Source: Bugula neritina
Lineage: Eukaryota; Animalia; Bryozoa
Assembly (NCBI GenBank): GCA_964035545.1
Contig: OZ037766.1
Coordinates: 2,852,001 to 2,916,000, forward strand
Length of the DNA stretch: 64,000 nt
Direction: 5' to 3'
In this document: positions 18,101 to 30,600 of the stretch, piece after piece
Position numbering within the stretch: position 1 is the stretch's first letter
Layout of the letters: each line of letters opens with the position of its first letter
Program-made: the position numbers and the translations under genes
The notes under the pieces: generated by a model
What the model was told of the DNA's origin: nothing
What the model saw: the letters and a program-made list of their open reading frames with translations, nothing else
Databases searched by the model: none

Positions 18101-21100
18101 TAAACACATATGTTGCTATATCCTCTCACTGACAGCATATAATAAAGAGTTTATATAACACTATATACTCACCTCTAGGGGACGGCATGTGGAACCCCAT
18201 GTTATCAAATAGTCCAGTCACACTCACATCATTCTGAAATTCACATCATTTTTATTTTAAACTTGACTAATAGAGATATATTTGTAACAGATTAAAGGTT
18301 AAACTCATTTTCTGGAGAAATACTTGTTTCATTTCGAAGTCAAAAGACACAATTCTTTGCCAAGCTTCGAGACTTGGCTAATCACAAGCCACATTCTAAC
18401 AGCCAGGTACATCAAGTCAAGAATCAAGTCACTAGTTAATCAAGTCAGCAGTTAAGCCATTAGTTACCCCACCGAAATGTATATTAACAAATTTCTTCTG
18501 TCAGATGCAATGTTCTGATTAGGTTGGGTAGACAACTTTTCATGAGTCTCCTATCAAAGCAGGACTTGGTTCATTACTTGCCAACTGTTCAAGTAGCTAC
18601 TTATGTTTTGAACTAAATTGCTAGAATTTATTCAACTTACAGATTGTGCATGATATACAATTTCAGCATTGGCTAGGAAATAAAAACAGTTGTCAATTAA
18701 TGTATCTTCAATAATAGAATAGACAGTGCTATAAACACAAAGTGAACAGAATATTTTAACATTAGCAGTGGTAACTCTGGTTGTCTTTATTTTGTTATTT
18801 TATATTCGATAAATTATATTATAGTATATTCTATTATGCCCTATTTTATCATATTATATATTAGATTATAATCTATTCTATTATAGCATGCTATACTTTA
18901 TTGTATTACATTATGTTATATTATACCATATTATAGCATTTTATACTTCATTCTATTATATTCTCTTCTATTTACATATGAACAAATTTCTGATTACATC
19001 AGGCTGACTTCAACTACCAAACTTCATGAACACACACTGTATAACAGCAGACCAACCTTGAACCCATCGTATTCTGTAAACTTCTGCTTCTTATGTTCAG
19101 GTCGGGGAAGAGGGGCTCCTGCCCCAGGTTTACCCCAAGGATCATACGTGTTGGTGGCGTTAGTCATCACCTGGCAACAGAAATCACTTCTTGATGTCAT
19201 ATCCTTACCATTATATCATAATCATATAATATTATTATATCATCACATCATTATAGCATCATGTAATATTATTACGCAAATGCATATACGGTTTTAAAAT
19301 TAACAAATCACCGATTACAAAATTTTAAAACCATGTATTTTAAAGTAGTGAAATGTAGTGCTTTCTGAACACAATATTTTTTCATTTTGTAAATATCATC
19401 TTTGCTTTCAGCAGAAAAATCATCAACTCTTTATTATACTGTAAACAATAAAATGTAGACTAATATTAATATATCTAACAACATAAGATAATGCCATACA
19501 ATTAAATGATATATTATTCTAAAGCCCTGAACACTCACACACCAATTTCACCAAGACTGTATCCTTCAGAGAAGAGAGAAACACTACATATAACATACAC
19601 TTTACTAATTATAATATAGCTCTGTAGGTATACTATAATGTATTTATTTACCTCTTCATAAGCAGCACAAACTACCCAATTCTCTAACAATACAACTAAA
19701 AGAATGTTCGCTTTGCTAATGAACAAGTGAACATAGTATAACGAATAACACGACTGGTTATGAAGGTGATATGTTAGATGTTTGAGAACACCATGGTGAT
19801 AATATTCTCTCAGGGTTCAGTCTAATTAATATTTTAAAAGGTACCATGAAGTGGCCAATTAAAGAGGTTTATTTCAAAGAAATTAAATTTATTAGCTGAT
19901 AATTTAGCTCTTACTATTCCAGCTAATTATAGCCTTAGCTCTTACTATTCTACCTGATTGCAGCCTCAGCTCTCACTATTCTATTTGATTGCAGCCTTAG
20001 CTCTTACTATTCTAGCTGATTGCAGCCTTAGCTCTTACTGAAGTGCAAAATTACTTGCCTAAGGTAAAAGAAACCAGTGTTGAATATGATTTATAATAAA
20101 TTCCTATAACGTATACTATAATTGATGTATTACATTTTATGGGTTTGTAACCGTTACAGCTATTTTATTATTGCAGGTCTAGTACAAGAATATATTATAT
20201 ATGGTAGAGCTATCTGAAATATAAAAGTATTAAGAAAACAATTGTTTAAACTCTGTCCACACTGTTATCAACACATCCCTGGTATAAAACCAACAGCTGA
20301 ACATCAAACATATTTCTAAAGAGTTTTTTGCTGGCACAACAACCAGTATTACCAAACAAAGGAAACTGGAGTATAAACATCTGGTGTAATATGCCTGGAA
20401 ACAAAGTGGTTTAATAGGCTAGTCGCTGCTCATTGTCTAACTGTCTGCGTAATAACCATTGATTAAAGAGAAATTAGATATATCAACTAAAATTATAATC
20501 ATACATGTTTTCAAAACATATATATGTTAATATAATAGTCAGTTTGATTTAAATAGAAACTTGGCCTGTAATTTTCCTCAAGTTATACCCTATAAATACT
20601 TAGTCAAAACCTAATGTACTGGAGTTATACTCTATATGCACTTGGCCGAAACTTACCAGTGTACTTAAGTTATACTCTGTATAGCTTGAGTTATACTCTA
20701 TATAGACCTATCATACTTAAGTTATACTCCGTAATCTGTATACTTAAGTTATACTCTGTATAGCTTGAGTGATACTCTGTATACTTAAGTTATACTCTGT
20801 ATAGACTCACCCTAAACTTTGCCTGCTCTTTTATTAAAGAATCCCGAAGCCTCTCTTCCTTAAAACCCGCAATGTCACTGTCAGCCTCTCTCCGCTTTAT
20901 CTCTATTGAGTCCAACTCAGGGGTTCTAAACAAACAGAAATCTTTAAATTTGCATTTCTAAGTGGACACTTGTTATAATATTCCCAAGTGGCCATCTGTT
21001 ATAACAGTAACTGATAAAATTAACTATAGCGCATGAGAATTATTATAAAAGTATTATACCACTAGTACTATAATGGAACTAAAATATATAATCTGAATAA

Positions 21101-21495
21101 AAAGAGTGTTGAATTACATCAGTTGTAAACCTTTCCAGTCATAATATGAAGCAATATTAATCTGTTAGATTTGAAAATTCAAATTTTGTGTCTTTCCATA
21201 ATTTCTATTTTATTTTATAACACTTGTTGCTCAGAACACAATGAAATTTGTCTAACACATCACTGTAATCTGAGCTCCACCCGGAACTGAAACCAGTGGC
21301 CACTAGTTGGTCAAAGTATCAGTGAAAATAACCACATCAGTTCTAAATATCTAAATAAATAATAAAAAGTTTGAGCATAGTTTGTTGTTTACATGGTAAC
21401 CTTTAAACTTTGTGCCCAGATCGTTTCCCATTTGAAAAACTATAAGATTTAGAGAGTAGAGACCAAAATGAAACTTACGTTATTTGATTCATCAT
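9121..21495 (-). CDS. Uncharacterised spliced gene encoding a PWG(K/R)xGxGAP-repeat / short-helix protein, CSPP1-like (putative ciliary or microtubule-binding), about 503 aa (518 with the optional exon)
   Basis: Phase-consistent GT-AG exons in + coordinates, 5'->3' of the gene: 21479-21495, 20811-20925, 19057-19170, 18173-18233, 16593-16663, 15991-16017, 15389-15532, 14702-14840, 14063-14287, 13664-13725, 13280-13396, [12858-12902 optional], 11989-12030, 10365-10490, 9849-9971, 9545-9634, 9121-9159 (TAA). Motifs: YDPWGKPGAGAP, FDPWGKGQGNPRREADG, YYGGGGAPAKTKSGNV, YFPFGKPGGGAPMMSDDGRV, DLWGRPGGGAP; C-terminus ILAPYATF*. The start codon is the least certain part. The family call rests on recalled motif similarity only. 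Confidence 0.8.
9246..9405. repeat. 24-bp intronic minisatellite (GTATTACTCAAGACATTCTCTCGA-like)
   Basis: About 6 degenerate copies in the last intron of the minus-strand gene. Confidence 0.85.
9665..9800. repeat. 24-bp intronic minisatellite (ACAGACAGACAGCTGTGTAGACAA)
   Basis: About 5 copies; source of several spurious ORFs. Confidence 0.9.
10673..11441. mobile_element. Kolobok-like non-autonomous DNA transposon, 769 bp, TTAA TSD
   Basis: TTAA (10669-72) | AGGATTGCTCAATCTT ... AAGATAGAGCAATCCT | TTAA (11442-45): a 16-bp TIR with 1 mismatch. AG..CT termini with a TTAA duplication fit Kolobok rather than piggyBac (CCC..GGG). Confidence 0.8.
12893..13000. repeat. 35-bp x3 tandem repeat overlapping a putative splice acceptor
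   Basis: CATTCGTACCCTACATTATATACTGGAAATACCAA units; the first copy overlaps the acceptor of optional exon 12858-12902. Confidence 0.8.
19900..20040. repeat. 31-bp intronic minisatellite (AGCCTTAGCTCTTACTATTCTAGCTGATTGC)
   Basis: About 4.5 copies. Confidence 0.85.
21387..21400. promoter_or_regulatory. X-box (RFX)-like near-palindrome GTTTACATGGTAAC
   Basis: One mismatch to GTTNCCATGGNAAC. It lies in the first coding intron of the CSPP1-like gene, about 95 bp from the start codon. Confidence 0.3.
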
Positions 21496-23878
21496 TGTTG
21501 ACTTACTCCTAGGAATACCAGAGGAAATATTAACTACTAGAGATGGTAGAGTATCAAGATAGCCTACATACAAGACATGCAGTGCCTTCTATCTTCCTCC
21601 TATCTGTAATAAACATTACAAATACGAGTCTATCAACACGACAACAAGTAATTATTGAACAACACACAACCTGAATAATAGAGTATATTGATTATCACAT
21701 TGTAACCAGTGAGTTGGTCAGAAAACAAAACTACTTGAATAGTGTTATTCTCCACGCTGTAATCTCCAGTAGTTACATCTTTTTAATATAGATTATTGGC
21801 TATACAACAACCACCAATAAATCATTAACTCTATTATGCTTCAGTTAATTTATATCCTAATACTCAATAGTTTATTATGACTGAAATTGTAGTGAAAATT
21901 AAATGTGCCGAGACATGTGGACAACTTTTTTCCTCCATAAAAACTTTGTTTTTATATTATTAGCAAAAACTGACAGATGAAATTTTGAGATTTGATATTG
22001 TTTATTAGTTACAGCATAACACACCACATATCTATTAAGTAAAAAGACTAATCATGAATATCTAATTCCTTGCCAATGAAAAAGGATACCGGATAATCAA
22101 TACGCTAAGATCTTCTGTAGATTCAGAACCTGTAGAATGATTTTAGCCGAACCTAGAAAAAATAGCTGCCTATAAACAAAGTCACAGTTGTGTATAAATT
22201 CAGTCACAGTTATCTATTAGCTAAGTTACAGTTGTCTACAAGCTCAGTCACAGTTGTCTATAGGCAACTGGTGTCAAATTGGTAGAAGTTTCAGAGCTAA
22301 CCTTGAATGACTGTCAATGAGATTCAGCATGACGGCCATTTTATTCATGAGCAACATTACGTGACTCAAACTCTAACAGGCTGCAAGAAATAATGAACCT
22401 AGTGAGAATGCTTTTTTAAATAATAATATAGATCAATTTGTACACATAAAGCAATAGCTATTCAATTTAAAAAAAGTAGAAGGTACATACTTTATTTGGG
22501 TGCTTGACCTTGTCAACTGGGAGTTCCCAGGCTAACCATGAGAGTTGGCTCCTTACATTTTGCTTCCACAGGGAGAGAGAAGCTACAACTTCTAAAGGAA
22601 TTAAGTTTATATAGAGAAGATAACAATTCAATTTTTAACGGATTTTGTGACAAAATTGCAAGTTCGCATCCAGGTGTTTATACACAAAGCAGCAGAGACC
22701 TGTCAACACTGTCAAACCCCAACACAGCGTGACAAGAGACACACATGCTCGCAGGTGTGTTGTTGTGGTAGAGAGGTGTGACGAAGTCCTCAGCTCATCA
22801 GAACATGGCAAGAAATAGATGCAATAAATCTATTCAACAGCATAATCAACAGAATTGTAGTTGTAAAAACTTTACAATGTATTGGTTTTCTAATTGAATT
22901 AACATCAAAAAATATTTGTAATAAATACAAAGGATTGAGAGTGTATATGCACAAAAGTATATATATATATAGGCAGGTGCAAGCGTATATATACTACAGC
23001 AGGGCTAGACACCCATTGAGCCTCGAACAAAGAAATCAACTAGCAAATAAACACTACACAGGATAAAGCCGGAACAAAGTAGCAAATACAAATTTGAAAT
23101 AAATTTAGAAAGTAAGATATCAAAATAAGAATAATTGTATAAAATAATATCATATATATTACTCCAATTCCATTCATAACATCAGTAAAAATAATTCACA
23201 ACCAATACATAAAAATGCTCGAATATTATCCACTGAGACAAAACCCGAAGACAATTGGAAGTTGTCATCCTGAAAGAAGCAGTTAGTCAATATATTTAAT
23301 GAGGGTAATATGGTCGACAATTGCAACACCGATGTAGTAGTAGAAACTACTTTCAAAAGAACAGCTATAAACTGTAACCTAAGCATAACTTATTGAGTGA
23401 TTATATTGCAAGGGGGGGGGGATAAATATCAGAACCCCATAAAGTCATATTTTTAATTCACCCTCCCTTTTTACCATTCAACACATTTTTGCAAGATAAC
23501 CTAAAACTCCAGTCAGCTCTTATTCGAAAAGCTTTAGTATTGTTTTTCCTGAGTTAACTTATTACATGGCTCAAGTGGGTAGGGTTTGCGGTAGTTAATT
23601 AGTTTGGGTGACCGTACTACCTTGTAGAGCGCAGGTAAAATGTATATGTTCCGCAGGTAAGATGTATAGGTATAGGCCACCTAACGTAAGGTACTTGAAA
23701 GATAGAGCTGAAAATAGCAGTAGAAAACATTACAGCTCTAGCATTAAAAATGTCCAACTCTGCTGTTTTGCCAAGTTAGCCCTAACAAGTGCTACTTTAG
23801 TCATTGTATTGGAGCACTGCTGCCTGCAGGATGGTGGAGAGTTTGCTATTAGCATTATATTGTTTGTAGTTCCTTGTC

Positions 23879-26731
23879 TTACAGGCCGCCGAATGTTCCA
23901 AAAGAAGAGAACAACGCTGCGTCAACTGGCTCCATACAGGAGGGACAGTTCAGGGACCGGGACAGCCAGTCATCGATGCAGTGCTTGTGGTAGATATGCA
24001 TACAGGGCAGGTGTTTCACCTGGTCTCCAGTCTCAAACTCTGTCAGACATATTGAACACCTGCAACAGAATTCTGTCATTAGGAAACTCTGACAAATGCA
24101 CAACTTTTGCTTCAACTTCTAGAAAGGTCACATGGGTTTATAGGCACTATCCCTGTGAGAACCCCTGATCGAAAGTGGACTAAGAACTTTTCAAATGCAG
24201 CGCAGGAGCAACTATGACTGAATGCTCTTCCTAATGTCACTGCTAGTGTGTGGACTTGAGCCACTCACCTGTGTTTTACTAAGCTAACACTTTAACCTCT
24301 AGACCACAGCTGCTCCTTTATTTCAACTTCTCAAGGCATATATATATTTAATGCTATTTTTATTTAGAGGTCATTGTGTAACTATAGTAACTATACAGAG
24401 TGAGATTTACTAAATCTAATCGATATCAGTTAATAAAATATTATACCTCACTATGTATGAAGGGGACACAACTACAGAGGAATTTCGGATTCTATTTTTA
24501 TAGAAGTTGAAGTCTTACTTAGATAATTACTCTTCCATTCTGTTAGTTAGAAATAATAAATAAAAATAAAATAAATATTAATAAATAAAAATGCTAGCAA
24601 TCAGAAAACATTGAAACAATTATTCAGCTTCTAACACTTTTAATTCTCCAAAACTAAGTCTAACAGAAAGGAGAATAAACTATTATTTTAGGTTGAGGTT
24701 ACAGTCAATGTCCAGGTAGAGGAAGACGGGTTTGAGAGGAGAGAAACTAGAGTACCTATACACAAAATAAGAGAGCTACATCACAGCTGATTGCAGATCA
24801 ATCAGGGAAATTTGAGTCCAAATAGAAGTCTGCATTACTCATGGGAAAAGCATGCAGCTACATGAGGAATGAAGTTAACTAGCATACGACCAGCATATCT
24901 AGCTGAAAAGGGCTGTAACTTGAAGTCAAATTAGACACACAATCCTTCCAACTTTTATCTGTTAACACTTGAGCAATAGTTAGTGTTCCTGAACTGACTA
25001 AACCCGTATCAACTAGTCCAGATAATCACCAGATAAATCTTATGGCCACAGGCCATATAATACAATCACGACATTTTATAAAAAAGTAACTTTGAAAGTC
25101 TGCAAATATTAACAATTTAAAGAAAAACATCAGAGTAAAGGCCTCACAACAGAGTTGCAGGTAAAATGTGAATCAGGTAAAATATGAATCAGATAAAATG
25201 TAAATCTCCATAAACTTCAACCTATCACGGCTTATTTCATAAACCAGAGACGGACAAACTACTACAGAGCTCTACATAATCACATGATGTCTTACACAAA
25301 TATATTACTTAATCAAAGTTCAATGGTGGTGGCGGCAGCAGCAGCAGTAGTAGTAGTAGTAGTAGCAGTACTAGTAGTAGCAGCAGTACTAGTAGTAGCA
25401 GTAGCAGTAGTAGCAGCAGCAGCAGTACTAGTAGTAGCAGTAGCAGTAGTAGTAGTAGCAGTAGCAGTAGTAGCAGCAGCAGCAGTACTAGTAGTAGCAG
25501 TAGCAGTAGTAGCAGCAGCAGCAGTACTAGTAGTAGCAGTAGCAGTAGTAGCAGCAGCAGCAGTACTAGTAGTAGCAGTAGCAGTAGTAGTAGTAGCAGT
25601 AGCAGTAGTAGCAGCAGCAGCAGTACTAGTAGTAGTAGTAGCAGTAGTAGCAGTAGTAGTAGTAGTAGTAGTAGCAGTAGTAGCAGTACTAGTAGTAGCA
25701 GTAGTAGTAGTAGTAGCAGTAGTAGCAGTAGTAGTAGTACTAGCAGTAGTAGTAGCAGTAGCAGTAATCAGAGGACAAGTTCAACAAACAGGAAGAGGAA
25801 AAGCTTAGACTGAGAGTTAACAAGGAGCAACCAGAGCTATGAAGTATGAGATGGAACTCACTCTACACATTGCTTGTCAACGTTCTGTTTGTAAATTCTA
25901 GATTCCAGAAGGTCAATGATTCGCCGCTTTTGAGCCGCTCTTATCTGTTCGGCGGACTCGTCATCAAAACGACCGAGTTGTAACGGACTTGCTGTTGGCA
26001 GGAAGTAAGATGGCCCTCGGTGGCGGACATGCTGTAAATTTAAATAAAATAACTTTGGTAACACGTGATAAACTAATTGGAAATACAGACTGTGAATAGA
26101 ATATTTGCTTTTTCAAAAACATCTTTGCTTGGCAGGGAATGAAAAACAGTCGAGAGTGATTATAAACAAAACTTTTCACCTTTCTCCGCCATTTCCTGAT
26201 CGGAGAAAATAAAAAACATTTTTGAGCCTTTAAAAGAGAACACTGCTACAAAAGCCAAAATAGTGGTCTTTGTATACAGCTTATAAAAAAACAAGAAACA
26301 AAATCATATACTCATGAATTAACATGTTACAATAATGTTACAAGTTTGGTTTCATTTGTTAACACTTCAAAAAGGCAAAAAGAAAGCGATATAGTAGCAG
26401 CTAGAACTTTATAAAATAGGGGCAAATGAAGATATTTAGTGAAATGACCCACAGGCATGCCACAACAAAATTGTTCAAACCCATTTTAGAGAGGCTGTGA
26501 AATAATTCATGCTGACCAAATATTTATATCAGGCAGAAATCAAATAAAATAGAAACTTTTCTAGATAAACTATTATAAGTTTCTGTAACATACCTGTGCA
26601 GCTTCAATGTGAACACCCCGTCTTTGACTCAGAGTAGACTGTTGATGGGAGTAGTTGTGATCCTCCCTATCGAAAGGAGATGTGTCATCGGCAGCGTCGC
26701 TGTCTGACAGGGCACAGCAGCCAGCACCCAT
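23879..26731 (-). CDS. RNF11: RING-H2 finger protein 11 (E3 ubiquitin ligase / adaptor), 162 aa, 3 coding exons
   Basis: Exons 26594-26731 (MGAGCCALSDSDAADD...), 25862-26031 (...EQIRAAQKRRIIDLL...), 23879-24059 (CSICLTEFETGDQVKHLPCMHIYHKHCIDDWLSRSLNCPSCMEPVDAALFSSF). Intron phases 0 and 2 are consistent. The RING plus CPSCMEPVDAAL tail and the N-terminal MG..C acylation motif are RNF11 hallmarks. Confidence 0.93.
24128..24316 (-). mobile_element. tRNA-derived SINE, copy 1 (RNF11 intron 2)
   Basis: The reverse complement reads GGAGCAGCTGTGGTCTAGAGGTTAAAG...TTAGGAAGAGCATTCAGTCATAGTTGCTCCTG...TTCTCACAGGGATAG, matching the copies at 43.3 kb and 56.5 kb. Confidence 0.8.
25325..25767. repeat. (GTA/GCA)n compound trinucleotide microsatellite in RNF11 intron 2
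   Basis: Directly visible; produces the spurious poly-V/A ORF. Confidence 0.95.
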
Positions 26732-27329
26732 GGTAACCACTGGCTCTCCTTTTACTTCAACTGTGATGTCCAGTCAACTATTGCTTCATTCTATTTTACA
26801 CTGAAGTGTTGGTGTTGAAGATTCCCACTTCTGTGTTGTCAATAATAAGAATATTTTATTGAGCACACAATGAAATTTTCATTTTTCAAACTTCTTGCGT
26901 TGAAATACCTTTCAATCGTCAAAATTTGAATGTGAGTCAATAACTTTAATTGAATATAATCAAGATAGGAAAGTAGCATGAAAAAATATTGAACTTTGAA
27001 AACTGTGCAATACTTTATTGAAGTATTAGTGAACACGAAAATGAAAAAAAAACACGTCTCTGATGCTACAAATGGAGCACATCTTATTTGATATCTAACG
27101 TTGGAATAGTTTTAGTTTCTTTAAAAAATTATAGCATAATAAGATATCTTTAAATATATATTTTAATATGATTTCATCAGAATGCTTTTAGACAAAGTCC
27201 ATAGCCTGCTTAAAAACTAGACTTCATACAGTAAATATAACTGAGTAACTCTATAATATAATTATTTTGATACTGAAGTTTAAGCTATAGTTATACTTAT
27301 AGTATTACTTATACTTGTGGGCTATGGCT

Positions 27330-27610
27330 ATAGTACTACTACTACTACTACCACTACTATTACCACTAGTACTACCACTACTACTACTAGTAGTACTAGT
27401 ACTAGCAGCAGTAGCACTAGCAGTAGCACTAGCAGCAGTAGTAGCAGCGGCAGTAGCAGCGGCAGTAGCAGCGGCAGTAGCAGCGGCAGTAGCAGCAGTA
27501 CTGTAGTGGTACTACTACTACTGCTACTACTGCTAGTACTACTACTACTGCTAGTACTACTAGTACTAGAATTAGTACTAGTACTAGTAGTGTAGTATTA
27601 CTGCTAGTGC
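27330..27610. repeat. (CTA/GTA/GCA)n compound trinucleotide repeat
   Basis: Directly visible in the RNF11-ROCK intergenic region; related (TAA/TAG/TAC)n tracts at about 27940-28090 and 29620-29890. Confidence 0.9.
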
Positions 27611-30600
27611 TATAGTTGCAATTCAAATTAGGTCACTGTGACTCAGAGTAAGACTGAGTGAGACTGTAAGACTAAGAGTAAGTGTAACCAAGCTATTACT
27701 ATAGTATAAGTATGAGTTGAAGTTATAAGTACAAATTACAATTAGCATTAAATTTAACAGTAACTATTCAATTTCATCTTCATATTGATATTGATTTCTA
27801 TTAGTGTTAACCTAATTATAATATTCATACTAATACTAATAGTAATTATTCATATTGATAATATATAATATCAATTGATTATTTCAATTTCTTATTGGAC
27901 TTACTCTTAGTCTTACTCTTAGTACTAGTACTTCGAGTAAGTACTAGTAGTAGTAGTCTAATACTAGTAGTAGTACTAAAGTAATAGTAATACTAATACA
28001 GTAATAGTAATACTAATACTAATAGTAATACTAATACTGAGTAATAGTAATACTAAGTCTAATACTAATAGTAATAGTAATCGTAATTATGTTCACTTTC
28101 ACTGTACAGTGAAACTCCAGAAGTTCAACTTGTAGTTGTTAAACAATTAATCATAATGTTACTTTGCAGATCCTCTTTTAAAGTTAGTCTTTTATAATAT
28201 AAATATATCAATACGAATATCATTGTCTAATAACTGTTATAAATTTATTATATAACTAAAATTTCAGAACATCAACCACAAAATCACGTGGACTTAAATT
28301 TTCGAATACTTCTAGCTCCTGCCCGTCTCATACACTAAAGAAACGAAGAAGGAATGCAACTGCTACTAAATTACAATTTTTCAATAAAGAACAGAGAAAA
28401 ACATTACAATGTTATCATAATAATATTGCGGTCAACTTTAATAGTACAACAACTCCAAATTCTGATTAGATGCGACCGTAAAATGGCAGTTTGAGTTTTG
28501 GCATTTTAAATTTTATATTTTGCAAATAAATGTGGGAATATGCATGCAAAGTTGTAATAAATTTTGCCTTTATGTTAGCAGGAATTGTAGATATGTAATT
28601 ACGAATTACAAATGTGCTATAACTTGACATTTTCACACCTAAATTGTCAGTATGTATTGGTAAATTATTGCAAAATTATACAGTGATAAAAATGCATAAA
28701 TACATATTGCTCAGCATATTGCTCATTATTCTCTAAATGCAATCTTATAGGACACATTCTTCTATTATACATGTAAATGCTACTGCATTCAATTTTCGCT
28801 GTTTCAAAAGTGATTTGAAAAATCTTATAACTCAGATTTGCTTTAAATAATATTTAGATCACAGCTATATTTAAATATCACAAAAGCTTGATTTGGAGTT
28901 TATAATGCCCACGTATACACATTATTAGGGTCTATCTTAGGAAGTAGTTTTCTTAGCAAAGTATCTCAATTTTTTTAGAAAGGGTGTTAGCAAATATGAT
29001 TCTTTAAGCCCTGGGACATCTAGATGTTACAGCCATGATATTTTTGGTCACTTATCATGAGGCAAATAAGGGATAAATCCATTACCATTTCTTGTAAAAT
29101 CCTTTTAAGAGTTATCTCATCTAAAGCGAGTGATAAAGTAGCAGTTTCAAGAGTCGTCTTTCCCTGCTTAACTAGTATTCAAAATTTCTCCAGAAATATA
29201 ATTAGCGACTCAATATTATTTCTAAGCCATGAAACTTATAACTTAAATTTTTGGACGTACTAGGTAATAGGGATTAGTATTTCGATCAACTCTTTGAATT
29301 TTTTTTCATTTTAGACAATTATATTTCATTTAGAGCTACAAAAAACGCATTTAGTAAATTTATATTCACTCCAAACTTATTTAAACTTCTGGTTCGGGTT
29401 CAGATTGCTGACAAACATTATAAAAAATAAAATTAATTTTATCACAATCACAATGACAATCACTATCAGTATCAGTATCACAATGATTATTAGTATCGCT
29501 GATAATCATGTTCATAATGATAATGACTACAGTTACTTAATCTAAATCTACATGATAATCATTATGACTTATATTATAAATTCATTTATAATTGTAATAT
29601 TATAACTTATAAGTTATAAGTATACTAATAGTAATAGTAATACTAGTACTACTAATAATTTAATGTAATAATTATAATACTAATAGTTATTTAGTAATAC
29701 TAATACTCATACTGTAATAGTATTACTACTAATGTCTAATAGTAATACTAATAGTAATAGTAATACTAATAGAGTAATACCAAGTATAATAGTAATACTA
29801 TTAGTAATAGTATTACTGTAATAGTTATAGTAATACTAGAAGTAATAGTATTACAGTAATAGTAAATGTAATACTAATAGAGTAATACTGATCATCAATT
29901 TCAATTTATAAATATAATTATTTCAAAGATAATCATAGTGATAGTCATAATGATATTCATATTCACTATGAGAGTATGACTATCATGTTGATATTGATAC
30001 TAAATGTCATATTTTAATTCATAATTACTTATCATTATCATTATTGTAGTTCAATTATTTATTTTGAGAATCATACTCATAACCATAATGAAAAAAAATA
30101 GTCATGTCTTTGGCTTTACCATGAATGATGATGCTAAAGCCAAAAACAATGATCATCATTGCTTGAAGTTTATGCATAATGATAATCCTCATCTCAATCT
30201 GATTATCATGAATTAAAGTGATACTGATTATTATTATAAAATAAAAATCCTAACTACTAATAAAGTAATACTAATAGTGAAAAATTTTAGAATTTGATTA
30301 TAACTATAAGTATAACATAAACTATAAGTTATAATATTAACATTTATATAATGATAATCATAATGACAGTGATAATTAAAATTAGAATAATAAAAATAAC
30401 TCTATGTTATGCCTATAGTTGATAGTATGATAAAATTATTCATCAAAGAAAGATTAACATAAGCTTTTAATCACAATGATGAGTATAATATAAATACTAA
30501 GTATAGTGGTAACACTAGCTATAAAAACTATTATAAGTTTTGTCATTACTATTAAATTTAATACTGCAATAAATATTATAATTGGTTATGAAAAAAGATT

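Noticed and set aside
21401-21431. Alternative first exon MGNDLGTKFK for the minus-strand gene
   Set aside because: It ends in phase 1 with a weak donor, but the next exon needs phase 2; exon 21479-21495 fits.
23608-24168. 186-aa plus-strand ORF
   Set aside because: It is the antisense shadow of RNF11 exon 3 running into a SINE, with no recognisable protein.
25284-27626. Poly-V/A, poly-S/T and poly-L ORFs resembling membrane or mucin proteins
   Set aside because: They are translations of trinucleotide microsatellites.
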